This document shows positions 38,401 to 49,741 of a stretch of 64,000 nucleotides of DNA, piece by piece. How positions within the stretch are numbered: position 1 is the stretch's first letter; every line of letters begins with the position of its first letter. Origin of the DNA: Ruditapes philippinarum (taxonomy: Eukaryota). The stretch covers positions 248,001 through 312,000 of the forward strand of contig NW_026853241.1 in the NCBI RefSeq assembly GCF_026571515.1. Direction: 5' to 3'. The notes below the pieces were generated by a model. It worked only from the letters and a program-made list of their open reading frames with translations, was not told the origin of the DNA and searched no databases. The position numbers and the translations under genes were made by a program.

Positions 38401-41400
38401 TCTAAACTTCACAGGAATGTTCCATTGGTGGTCACCTTTAAAAATTGTTCAAAGAATTTAATTCCATGCAGAACTCTGGTTGCCATGGCAACCGAAAGAA
38501 AAAACTTTAATTATCTTCTTTTAAAAAACCCTGAGAGCTAGAGCTTAGATATTTGGCATGAAACATCTTCTAGTGAGTGTCTACCAAGTTTGTTCAAATA
38601 AAAGCCCTGGGGTCAAAATTGGCCCCGCCCCAGGGGGTCATTTATTTTCCCTATATGTATATAGTAAAAACTTAAAAAATCTTCTTTTAAAGAACTCAAA
38701 GAGCTAGAGCATAGATATTTGGCATGAAACATCTTCTAGTGAGTGTCTTCCAAGTTTGTTCAAATAAAAGCCATGGGGTTAAAATTGGCACCGCCCCAGG
38801 GGGTCATAGATTTTCCCTATATGCATATATAGTAAAAACTTAAAAAATCTTCTTTTAAAGAACTCAAAGAGCTACAGCTAAGATATTTAGCATGAAACAT
38901 GTTCTAATGGTTGTTTACCAAGTTTGTTCAAATAAAAGCCCTGGGGTTAAAATTGGCCCCGCCCCAGGGGGTCATAGATTTGCCCTATATGCATATATAG
39001 TAAAAACTTAAAAAATCTTCTTTTAAAGAACTCAAAGAGCTAGAGCTAAGATATTTAGCATGAAACATGTTCTAATGGTTGTTTACCAAGTTTGTTCAAA
39101 TAAAAGCCCTGGGGTCAAAATTGGCCCCGCCCCGGGGTTCATTGATTTTCCTTATATGTGTAAAGCAAAAACTTAAAAATCTTCTTTGAAAAAAACCCAA
39201 ATAGCTAGAGTTTAGATATTAAGCATGAAACATCTTCTAGTGAGTGTCTACAAAGTTTGTTCTGATGAAAGCCCTGGGGTCAATATTGGCCCCGCCTGGG
39301 GTGATTGATTTTCCTTATATGTGTAAAGCTATATACAGGTGAGCAACCTCAGGGCCATCATGGCCCTCTTGTTAAGACATATCATCTACTGTTTAGGGAA
39401 ACCAAACCTGGATGACCATTAAACCAGGACAGCTTCGGAATGCTTGTTTTATTTGTTTTCTTTGTTTAGTGATTGTCAATCAATCTATCGCTGTTTTATC
39501 AACTAGCTCTTCTGTTTCTGTCAATTTCTCAAGTACCTATCTTAAAAATTGTGAAATCTGTATGGAAAAATGTTCAAAAAGTGTCAACATATTATCTTTC
39601 ATAATTTCTTTAAACAAAATAATCAAAAGATTATGTTATTTAAACTGAAGTTTTTTCTAGTTTTCCAAGACTGAAAATTCTGCTGTCAAGTACAAATGTT
39701 CCCAGAAGTACAAAAGTTTTAGTGGGTAATGTTCGGGAAAGATATAACAGGGTAGGTAATACAGTCAATGAACTTTTTACTATTTAGGTAAAATATATTT
39801 TGAGCTTTTTTGTGCCGCTTCTTTTCACGCAAACAAGACTCCACAGGTCTTGAAATTTAGGGACTGAAAATATTTTTCCAAATTTGATTTAGGTCTAGGC
39901 CAATAGTGGATGTGAAAAATATCTGATCATTCACTTATTCTGTTTTTTTTTTTGTTTTTTTCAGAATAAAAATTTTTAGTGAGCAAAATGAGCCAAAATA
40001 GAATAAGGTTGAAATGCTTTTCACGCATATTGGCCATAAATTTACACAAAAATCATTTTTCTATAAATACTAAGTTAATCCAACAAGAGAATGTCAAACT
40101 TAAAAAAATAAGGAAGGCATTTATCCTGATTAAATGAAATTATGTGGTCATTTAGTTTATACAAATTTATTTTAGTTTAATTGTGTTGAAAGCTATAAGC
40201 TTATTGAAACACTCTCAAATCCGTTCCTGGAACCAACCAGTACTAAGCATTGAATGTAAAGTTTCTTGCTCAAGGAAACAACGACTTGCCCCTGACAGGG
40301 TTTGAACCCACGCGGTCAGCAATCCTTAGATTACTAGTCCGACGTGTTAACCACTCTGCCATGCCACCATTCACAAGTGAAATAATGAATCAAGGGTCTA
40401 TGTTATACAGAAAAACTTAGTTTTCATATGAACGTTGGTGCAACTACACACATCATTGATCTATTAAGTTCAGTGTATTGTTAAGAAAGGCCAATGCATA
40501 TGGATAGTTTTATATTACTACTTTTACCAGGTACATATATATACCTGGTTGTACTTACACAGCCAGAAAGTAAGCTTAGTTGTTTGAGGTTTTAGGAATA
40601 TAACTTAACTGTGGCGGAAAAAAAAAAGTAACTATCACATGTTACTTATCAGGTACCAGATGTAATGCAGCATGTTATGGATGCTACAGAAGCTGTCACA
40701 CATCAATGTGAGAAAATACTAGAAACCATGGCAACAGAATCTCAACATGAAATTACCAGTCTATACACCAATTTGGAGGTAGGTGTCTTTCTATAATTGG
40801 AAAAAAAACTCAATTTCATACAGGTGTTATAAGAAAACATGGATAAATGGACATTAATGGATAAAATCAAGCAAGCATGTGCAGTTGTTACACAGTTTTT
40901 ATTTGTTTGGGTCGTCAGACCAAACAAATAATGGTAGCGAAATTTCAGACTCTAATGCTGTTAATTGCAAATGCCGAAAGTAGTCAGCTTTTTTGAGGCG
41001 GTTACTTCCCTTTATATGTAACACAAAGGCCAAAAAATACAGGGGAGATCACTGCGTAAATATGGTCACATGACAGGCGCATTAATTTTCAAGCAAAATA
41101 ATTTCCGAATGGTCGAAGATTTCTAATATTGTTTTATTCTTTATAGATATACATGCTTATAGTAAGCGCCATAATTATTTACACAAGTGTTAAACAACAG
41201 TTAGCGTCGTTACAAACCCTTATTTAGAATAATATGGTTTTCTTCAGACCGAAAATCCTTAAATTCACCGAAGCCAAGGGGTTTGCGCGCTCACTTAGGA
41301 AGCGAAAGGTCTGGAGTTCAAATCCCAGTTAAGGCATATCATTTTTTTTTCAAATTGTTTAAGTCAAATAAACATTGGATTGAATATCAGTGTTGCAATT

Positions 41401-42293
41401 AGTCTCATAGCAAATCTACTACAATTAAAACACTGGAAAGCATTGGTGGCACTATACAAAAACAAATTGTTTTATAATCTCACAACCTTCAACTTTCTGA
41501 CATTCTGAGACCCAAGCAAATTCAGCGCCTTCTGTGCTTTGATTTAATATGCATGGCTCAGGGCATCATGTAAAAATAGCAGATTGCAATGATGTCCCTG
41601 GTAATTTCATTATAAAAATAACTGTCCAAAGGCAATTGGTGCTCAGCACATGAAAAGCAGGAAAAAAAAACAGTTTCCTTATACCATAATTATCAACAAA
41701 ACATGTAATTTCAGAATCAGACTTGTACTTTCATGCAACATTAGCCTAATACATCTCTTTTTGTGCATTAATATTTTTAGAAGTCCTAATACCTAGTGGT
41801 AATAGGTTATTAAATAAGTTATTATTTGAATTTATGATGATGAATGTAGTTGTTTCTTAAATTACTATTTAGCTAAAGAAGGAACTTTCATACTATTTGA
41901 ATGAACTAGTCAAAGAGCTTATAAACATTATGTTTTTTTTTAATAAAAGCTAATAAAAACATTGTTGTTATTAATGGAGAAAGAATAAATAAAATTCTCT
42001 GTTTATTTTAGGAATTGATCGACATTAACCAGCACCTTCTACAAGCAATGGGTGTAAGTCATGTGACTTTAGATAAAATATGTCATGTGACATCTAAATA
42101 TAGACTGCATTCCAAGTTAACAGGAGCAGGTGGTGGGGGTTGTGCATTTACTCTTCTTAGACCAGAACAAGAACAGAGCCTGGTAGATGATGTGATAAAG
42201 GAATTAGAAATGGAAGGATTTAATTGTTTTATAACAGATGTGGGAAGTTTTGGAGTGATGGTACATGACAGTTTACCAGAAAGTGTTTCCTAG
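32461..42293 (+). CDS. MVK: Mevalonate kinase; 390 aa, complete
   Basis: 9 coding exons: 32461-32538, 33290-33437, 33972-34113, 35095-35219, 37341-37475, 38105-38150, 39661-39751, 40653-40778, 42012-42293 (1173 nt). GHMP kinase motifs [55 protein letters not shown]. Confidence 0.97.
32741..33057 (+). mobile_element. Degenerate TRIM-like element with two tRNA-like terminal repeats, in MVK intron 1
   Basis: Two units end in CACCCTGTGAC(A/T). The first is followed by PBS-like TTTGGTGC; the second is preceded by the purine tract GCAGGAGGAA then TGTCA. Confidence 0.45.
33708..33928 (+). mobile_element. tRNA-derived SINE
   Basis: TGGCCAAGTGG A-box and a TCCTTGAGCAAGAAACTTTAC...CAGTACTGGTTGGTTCC core; an inverted copy lies at 40150-40370. 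Confidence 0.75.
35636..36578 (-). mobile_element. HINE-type element with a 334-bp higher-order internal repeat
   Basis: Terminal hairpin GTGTCGCC-TCTACGGAGTAGT-GGCGACAC, then a (GTCC/GTCT)n microsatellite. Repeats at 35735, 36069 and 36403; far end GGCGACACAT...GCTCTTGT. Confidence 0.85.
38263..39373 (-). mobile_element. HINE-type element with an about 167-bp internal array (same family as 51481 and 58644)
   Basis: Hairpin AGCTCACCTGTCACAAAGTGACAGGGTGAGCT, then (CGTC)n and about 5 monomers; terminus AGGGCCATCATGGCCCTCTTGT. Confidence 0.9.
40150..40370 (-). mobile_element. tRNA-derived SINE
   Basis: On the - strand: TGGCAGAGTGG A-box and GGTTCAAACCC B-box; body shared with 33708-33928. Confidence 0.8.
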
Positions 42294-44540
42294 ATAACAA
42301 TATAGTTCTAAACCAGGAATTGTGAATATACCCTTGTGGGGCCCACATTTTGAGGCCCACTTGGCAGATAAGGAAACCAAATGTGTCAGCCTCGTTATAT
42401 TAAGTCGTTACTTACTTACTTACTTTCATAGTTACATACTAACCATAATATGTGGTAATCTTATAAGGTTTTCACATTAGCTAAAACCTTGTACATTTGT
42501 TTACCAACTGTGGGTTGAACATGATTAGAAAATGACACACAAGTATACTTGAAAATTAGTAAGAAATTACATGACAGGAAGTAACTTGAAACTGCTACAT
42601 ATACATGTATATAGAATTTTACTTCAATGATGATTATTCTAAATCAAAATACATATACTTCATTTATTTCCGAGAAATAAGTAATAATGAATATGATTAT
42701 AAAGCTGTTTGTAAGTCAAGCTGTACTTTTACAGTTAAAACACGGATTTATATTACAATAATTTTGTAATATTGTAATATAAATCCGTGACTGAATACAT
42801 AAAATAAAATGAAAAACATGTCTGTCACCAAAGTGTGAATCTGTTTTAACTCTAATATATAAATAGAGGATTTTCAGGTTTTTTCTATAAATACAGGATT
42901 TATTTTCATCGTGGTATGAAAATTAACATTTTACTAGTGGCGGGAACCATGAGTGAAATATGATAATTTTCATATCACAATTTTCTGTTTATCATATACT
43001 TGTTCTGTTTTTCGACCATACAATTCAAAAGACTTCTTCTTTCATTTTGTGTATTGGCTGAATTGTAGACCGGCAAGACACCAGTGAAAATACACAAAAT
43101 ATGTTTCACTGTCGTGAAAAAACAATTTTTTACAGTGAAAATACAGAAAATAAAAATAAGGCATATTATTTCATCAATATTTCACTTAACAGTATCTAAT
43201 ACAGCAAACATCATTTTTTAGAGAAAAAAGTAAGATTTCTTCAATGGACAACAGCCGTGTAAAGAAAACTTATGATATAAACGTCACAATTATCCAATGA
43301 AAAGCGACGTTACAAACGTGCAGTATTATAAAAATTATAATAAATATGTACTCGTATATAAAGTTAAAATAGAAACACACTCAGTACAGTTGAAGAGAAA
43401 ATGAATAAGAGCATTAGACAGAGTATTAGGGTTCAGGAGATCATTTAAACTAAATAAAAAAAGTAAATTGATCCCAAAATAAAATTTCAAAACAGCTACA
43501 GAATGCTTAGTAAAAACGAAAAACACAAAAATTCAACGAACATCATGTACATTGCCGTGTCAGTAAATGCTGTATGTGTGATATATATGTATATTGGCAA
43601 TCCAGGTTAATGATTTCTCAGAAAGTGTAACGTGGGTGTTGAACAAAAGATACAGAAGACAACAATAAAATTGAACGAGATTACTGGGAACTTCTGAACA
43701 ATAGCAACAATAATTTCTGAAAGTTTTCCGTGAAATACTCTGTATCATCCCTCTGTAATCACAGACGCTTGGGGGTCAGATCCTGCCCCCCCCCCCAACG
43801 TGATACGCCCCTGTAAACACTCTGTCAAAAATATTTTAATATTTAAACACAAATTGGACATCTGCTACAATGATACAACTGGTTTTCAAACAATCATTAA
43901 TCTGAAAAAATTACCTTTTACCATCAAGTCTCAATAAAGTACTTTATTATTGAGATTTAATCAAAAATAATTATATAAATTAATTTACAAATCGTTTAAA
44001 TGGTCGATATTTAGGTAAAAACCAGTTAGGCAACTCAATAACCTGTTACCAAGGCTAAGACAAAGTGCCGATTAATAAAAAAATTATAAACATTCTTAAG
44101 TTTTATTAATACCTTAATAATGTTACTATATATTGTAACAAAATTTAGGGTATTTCAGGGCCTAACAAGAATAATCATACATGGCGTTCTATTTGTATTT
44201 TAGTTGTGAGTACGTTACTGTCTTAATGAGGTCAGGAAGCTTCCAAGAAAAAGATCTATTGTATTATCTTCATAACAGTTGCAAGGTCTATTATTTCTCA
44301 GAAATTAATAAATAATTTCCTTTTTTAGAAAGGGCTCACAAGAGTTTCATAACATTTAAGTAATAGTTTAAGTGTAAAGGGAAGTAGAGCTGAAAATGAA
44401 ATTTATTTGTTTTAAATGTAGCAAATTATGTAGACACTGCCAAACAAAAGTACTACATCTCTACTAATTACCAAAAAGGCAGAAGTAAGAAGCAAAAGAT
44501 TGTTCAGCTAAATTGGTAATTGACCAATTAATAGCTTGAG

Positions 44541-44829
44541 GAAACTAAAACTGGACACCGAAAATAAGCTTTTGAAAATTGAAAGCATTTCTGGCAATAA
44601 TGTGGCTTTAAGCTTTAATAGGAAATTTAATGTTGGTTTATTAAATTTTGTGGAAAACGAAATTAATGTCAAGTGTGTAAAAATTCATTGTTTTAAGTTA
44701 AGAAAGTCAGAAACGGAATAGAATGTAAAGGAGACGTACACTGCGGGGGACTAAATGATAAAGCAAATAACAACATACATTATTTGAGGCATTGCATTCA
44801 AAGAGTATTCACCTACTGGAAAATATAAG
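44541..44829 (+). promoter_or_regulatory. Putative promoter and non-coding first exon of the cGLR gene, with IRF/ISRE-like motifs
   Basis: GAAACTAAAACT (44541), GAAAATTGAAAGC (44574), GAAAACGAAA (44653) and GAAAGTCAGAAACGGAAT (44702). A donor AAG|GTATTT at 44829/44830 can pair with the acceptor at 45646. Confidence 0.4.
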
Positions 44830-45647
44830 GTATTTATCTTATTTTATAAAAGTGTTTTGTTTTCTTTAAAGGCCTTAGAAATGAATAAATATTTCATTAT
44901 TTAGAAAGGAAAAATCTTTTATTCTATAATTGTTTAATTAATGATTAAAGACCATGCCTGATGTTTATCACCTGAAAAAAGTAACCCTGTATGTGGAATT
45001 ATTTGTCATATGTTTGACAATACTCATTCTAAAACTTGTTAATTTTCGGAAAGTTCTTTGTTAGTTTTCGTAATTTATTATGATTTACGCTTAATCTTTA
45101 GTGAAACTATAGATCCCAATACTTAAATCAATAAATATTGTATGATGGCCTAATGGTGAGTACGACAGAATTATGACCACGTAGTTGCAAGTTCGAATCT
45201 TGAACATATATATTTGTTTTTTTTGTAGTTACTTATGTTTTTATTTACTTTAATTATATGTAACCTGAGTTGTTTAATCGTGTGTTTCATTCTCATTTAA
45301 ATAAACTTAAAACATTTATTTTTTTATTTCAATATGTAGAAAAAAATCATTTGTTTCGAGCCTACAATCTTTAATTAATGAAACTAACTTAATTAACTTT
45401 AAGCATTACACTTTGTCACTGAGGTTAGTAAGGCAAATGTTATACTGGTAAATTTAAGTTATACCAATGTACAATACATTATAAAATTCTTAAACTAGTA
45501 GCTAATAAAAATTTTAAGCTTGACCTGGTGTTGTACATGTGTTCCTCACCTTTTTAAATCATTGGAAAAAAAGAAGAAAAGTTATCCATTGATAGAAATT
45601 GATTGTACATGAAAAAAAGATAAATCTATACAATCTGATATTTCAGA

Positions 45648-47732
45648 ATGTCTGAAGCACCAGATTACACAGAGGCAGCGTCACTGAAACTATCAGAAGT
45701 TCTTGCTGATATAGGCGTGAATACCAGAATGATACTGAAGAGGAGGAGAGCAATGCTTCTGATTGAATCAATGAGAAACATGTCTAGTTATATAGGTTTA
45801 AACATGATGCGACAATACATAATGGGTAGTCAAGCAGAAGGCACAACTACATTAGGACTAAACTCAGATACTGACATGATTGTCTGTCCTAACATGTACT
45901 TTCATGTGATACAAGATTGGAGTGACTGGCAACCTGGTGTAATAAATCTACTGATGATTCAAGATCATTCTATATCCCCAGGTTACTGTCAACTTCAATT
46001 GTTAAGACCTGAAGAACCTCTACCTTTCCCCGAGTGTGGAATTATGCTCTCTACTTTATCAGACTTTATCAGAACAGACAGAATTGGAAGAATATGTTTT
46101 AGGAATTCTTTTTTAACAAGGTCTGCTTTAAGTTTTGATGGAGTAGTACGGCATGGTCCAGCATGTTCGTCAGTAGAGGATGATGTAGTTTTTGCTTTTA
46201 CCAGTTCAACATGGCCTTTACAAGCTAGACAATGGTTGCACCAACAAAGTGTTGGTCAATGGCCTACTGATGAAATCAAACAATACTGCTGTAGTTCTGG
46301 TTGTTTTCTTGTTGGAGTTGGTGGTCAACATGGCAGTGAAAATGAGGATCTTGAATGGAGGATATCAACATGTATAGCTGAAAAATGTTTAATGTACAAC
46401 CTAAACATTACACAGATTCGCTGCTATGTCCTGATGAAAATGATAATAAAAACATTCATAAATCCATTGTTTAATGGTGTGATTTCTAGTTACATGTGTA
46501 AGACAGTTTTGTTCCACTGTATTGAAGGTACCCAGTCTATTATCTGGCAGGAAAATAACTTAATTGTATGTTTATCGTTGTGTATTCATGATTTGTACAC
46601 TAACATTTTTAATGAAAATTGTCCACATTTTTTCATTCCTGAAAACAACTTGATGAGAGGGAAGATTACACCTGAAGTCAAACCTTTCATACTGGATATA
46701 CTTCAGCGTTTCATCAACAGCAATGGGGTAGCACTACTAGGAATCAAGTGTGATGATCTTGGTTCAAGGCTTCAGCTTAAGTTCAACAATATATTAGTAT
46801 GCCCATTCAGAACATATGACGATATTTCAAAGAAACTACTAACAAACCTAAGTGGGATTTTTTTATCTGACATTACAATATACATGATTTTGAATATGGA
46901 ACCAGTACAGATATCAAACATGTTAAAGCAGGCTATTTCTGACCTAGTTAGTCTTCAATGTCATGGACTAGACAAGACAGCTCGCAATCTTCTAGCACCA
47001 ATGGTCTGTTCAAGGCTAGGATCTGTTTTAGCTTCTCTCGACATACAACAGTATAATACAATATCAGCCGAGACTCTCAAATGGATCTCCCTGGGTCTAA
47101 ACACTGATGTTGCATCTAGTAAACTCAAACTTGCCTCAATGCTATACTGTACAGGGCAGTTTAGAAGAGCCGAAATTGTTCTCTGTGATATTGAAAGGCA
47201 TTATGACCTTAAAATTGTTGAGCCTATTTGTCCACATTTAGACATAAGAGCACAAGCTTTCAATGCAGGATGTGATTTACAAATTGAAGAAGCAATGAAA
47301 TGCACAGTAGCAAACTGTGTACAATTTTGGCCATGTGAAGTCTATTGTTCTCCAAAGGAATTAAGACCGGAAATGTTTCGATCTACAGAAGAGGACAAAG
47401 CTTTCAGAACATTGCAGGACTTCTGGATGAACAATGCTGAAGTGGATTCTCTAACTTTCCTCTACTTTCTACAGTACAAGATATACAGCCATCTCAACAA
47501 ACAAGAAGATAAATGTGTGGCACTCTCTAAACTTACCAGAACCATTGAACAAGAACCAAGATTAGCTCACTCGGAAACAGCCTTGAATTTATTGGGGCAG
47601 TGCATGGAACAGGAACACAGACCTATAAATGCGTTACAGTGTTATTCCCTGTCACTGAATATAAGGTGGAGAAACAATGCTGCAAAGATTCATATCTGCA
47701 GACTTTTGAGTACACTTATAAATAACAGATAG
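45648..47732 (+). CDS. cGAS-like receptor (cGLR; Mab-21/cGAS-DncV-like nucleotidyltransferase) with TPR-like C-terminal helices; 694 aa, single coding exon
   Basis: Uninterrupted ORF. NTase signature MGSQAEG...SDTD and candidate third acidic residue in DDVVFAF. Mab-21 motifs EWRIST..EK.L, SSYMCKTVLF, CPHFFIPENNLM. TPR-like segments KLKLASMLYCTGQFRRAEIVL and TALNLLGQCMEQEHRPINALQCYSLSL. Splice acceptor tttcag lies immediately before the ATG; AATAAA at 47766. Confidence 0.88.
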   Translation: MSEAPDYTEAASLKLSEVLADIGVNTRMILKRRRAMLLIESMRNMSSYIGLNMMRQYIMGSQAEGTTTLGLNSDTDMIVCPNMYFHVIQDWSDWQPGVINLLMIQDHSISPGYCQLQLLRPEEPLPFPECGIMLSTLSDFIRTDRIGRICFRNSFLTRSALSFDGVVRHGPACSSVEDDVVFAFTSSTWPLQARQWLHQQSVGQWPTDEIKQYCCSSGCFLVGVGGQHGSENEDLEWRISTCIAEKCLMYNLNITQIRCYVLMKMIIKTFINPLFNGVISSYMCKTVLFHCIEGTQSIIWQENNLIVCLSLCIHDLYTNIFNENCPHFFIPENNLMRGKITPEVKPFILDILQRFINSNGVALLGIKCDDLGSRLQLKFNNILVCPFRTYDDISKKLLTNLSGIFLSDITIYMILNMEPVQISNMLKQAISDLVSLQCHGLDKTARNLLAPMVCSRLGSVLASLDIQQYNTISAETLKWISLGLNTDVASSKLKLASMLYCTGQFRRAEIVLCDIERHYDLKIVEPICPHLDIRAQAFNAGCDLQIEEAMKCTVANCVQFWPCEVYCSPKELRPEMFRSTEEDKAFRTLQDFWMNNAEVDSLTFLYFLQYKIYSHLNKQEDKCVALSKLTRTIEQEPRLAHSETALNLLGQCMEQEHRPINALQCYSLSLNIRWRNNAAKIHICRLLSTLINNR

Positions 47733-48792
47733 TTAAAACCTATACAGTCATGTATCAATAAGGACAATAAAATTTATTTAACCACTATCATTCTGTCCTT
47801 CATACGCCAGAATTGAAGATTAAAGGCACATTATGCCTGAGAAATGATAATTATTTTCCTTCTTTAGAAAGGACAAAAATGAGTTTTACAATGTTTAAAT
47901 AATGGTTTAAGAGCATGTTTAATGTCTGTTACCTGAAGAAAATGGCGTGTAATGTGAAATCACTTGTCATAAAAGTGGCAAAATGTAAATAAAGTTGTAT
48001 ATTGACTTCCATACAAAATTATTTTACTATATCACTATTATCTGTACTAACTGCCAGCATGCAACAGAAGCAAAAAATGGTTCGGATACTAGTAAATGGC
48101 TTATTAGGAATTTCTATTGGAAGGACATAGAAAATAAAAGTATTTTAAGGGCATAATGGGCCTTTAACTTGATTTAAGTATTTTATAGCCAAGTGGTATA
48201 AGTACAAGTTTCACAGTGACAATAACAATAAAATCCTTGTTTTTCAAGTATCAAATTCATTGAAATAATATTGTGATACATACATTGTACTTAGTGATCA
48301 ACAGGAGAAGTAGATATTACATATGTGATACATAACTATTGAAATACAAGTCAATCACAGTGAACATTTATTTTATAGCATCTTTTTCATTAATTCATCA
48401 TTTTCATCATTAATCAATTGTTGCAAAACATGAAAGAAAAACATATTGTACAGCAAAATAAAATGCTTTTTAGAGAAATTGCTATCAATCATGTCAGTGC
48501 ATGCATTTCAATAATATAACTTTGTAAGATTTATTACTATGTTAATAAAATTTAATATTTATTTCTTTCTTTTATACTTTTATAATTAATTTCATAATTT
48601 ATGAAATTTCATCTAATAAGTCCATAGACACATAATTGTCCTATGTAAAGATATTGCTTTCCACTATTTAGGCTCAGGTAGCTTTTTTTAAAGTGAAATA
48701 AGTAAGAATTTGCTAAACAATAAAGTCCTCTACTCGAAAGATCCTTACTCTAAATAGAACCGAATTCAAATATTTATGCTTGGCATTTATAA

Positions 48793-49720
48793 AACTAGAA
48801 ATTTGTCCAAAGGACACTCATGCCACTGCTTCATTTTTGCTTTTCAGTGTCATATTTAGACATACTTTTAAAATTAATTTTCTCCAGCCTATTAATATTG
48901 TTAGATAAGAATTACACATCAAGTTTCTCCATGACCTGGAATTGATGACCTCAAAATCAATATGGGTCCTCACCTGCCCATGTAAAATGTTCCTAACAAG
49001 TTATATATACCAGCACTCTGTTATGGATTAAAAATGGTAATACACAGTGATGAATTACTGTGACCGTGACCATATATTCCAACCAAGCAACATATACCAC
49101 AGCTTATTCCCTTCTCAACTTGCGGATCAGAAAATGGTAGTTTAAAACACAGTGTACTACTGTAACCTTTTGACCTTACAAGATTGTCTAATGGCTATAG
49201 GTAATGCCCCTACCAAGGTACATAAACCATGGCTTATTCTTTCTCAAGATATTGATCAGACAATGATTGATTGTACACAAAATTTTGCTGTGACCTTGAC
49301 CTTATGACCACAAAATCACTAGGGACCATCTCCTGGCCTTGGGTGAAGTTCCTTTAAAGGAACAGAAGCCAAGGCTTATTGTATCTTAAAGTTAATTGAT
49401 CAGACAAAGATTGTCGCTGTAACCTTGACCTTTGACCAAATGATTTCAAAATAAGTTAAGATCATCTAGTCTGGCTATAGGGTATGTCCCTAGAAAGCTA
49501 CATGAAACTCATGGCTTATTCCCTCTCAAGTAAATGAATTAACAAAAACTTCAAACCAAGTGTCACTGTGAGCAGGATGCTGACCTCAAAATCAAAAGGA
49601 TCATCTACCTCCGAAGATTAATTTCCTACCAAGAAAAACCACAGCTCCTTCCTCAAGATAATGATCATGCATAAGTATGTTTTGGCCAATCCAATCCATG
49701 CAAATAAGTGGTGGCATAAG
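48793..49720 (+). mobile_element. Old, degraded HINE-type element
   Basis: Starts AACTAGAAATTTGTCCAAAGGACAC (compare 57782) and contains decayed TGACCTTGACC-bearing monomers. Confidence 0.5.
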
Positions 49721-49741
49721 AAGGAAAAAACTTATTACTTT

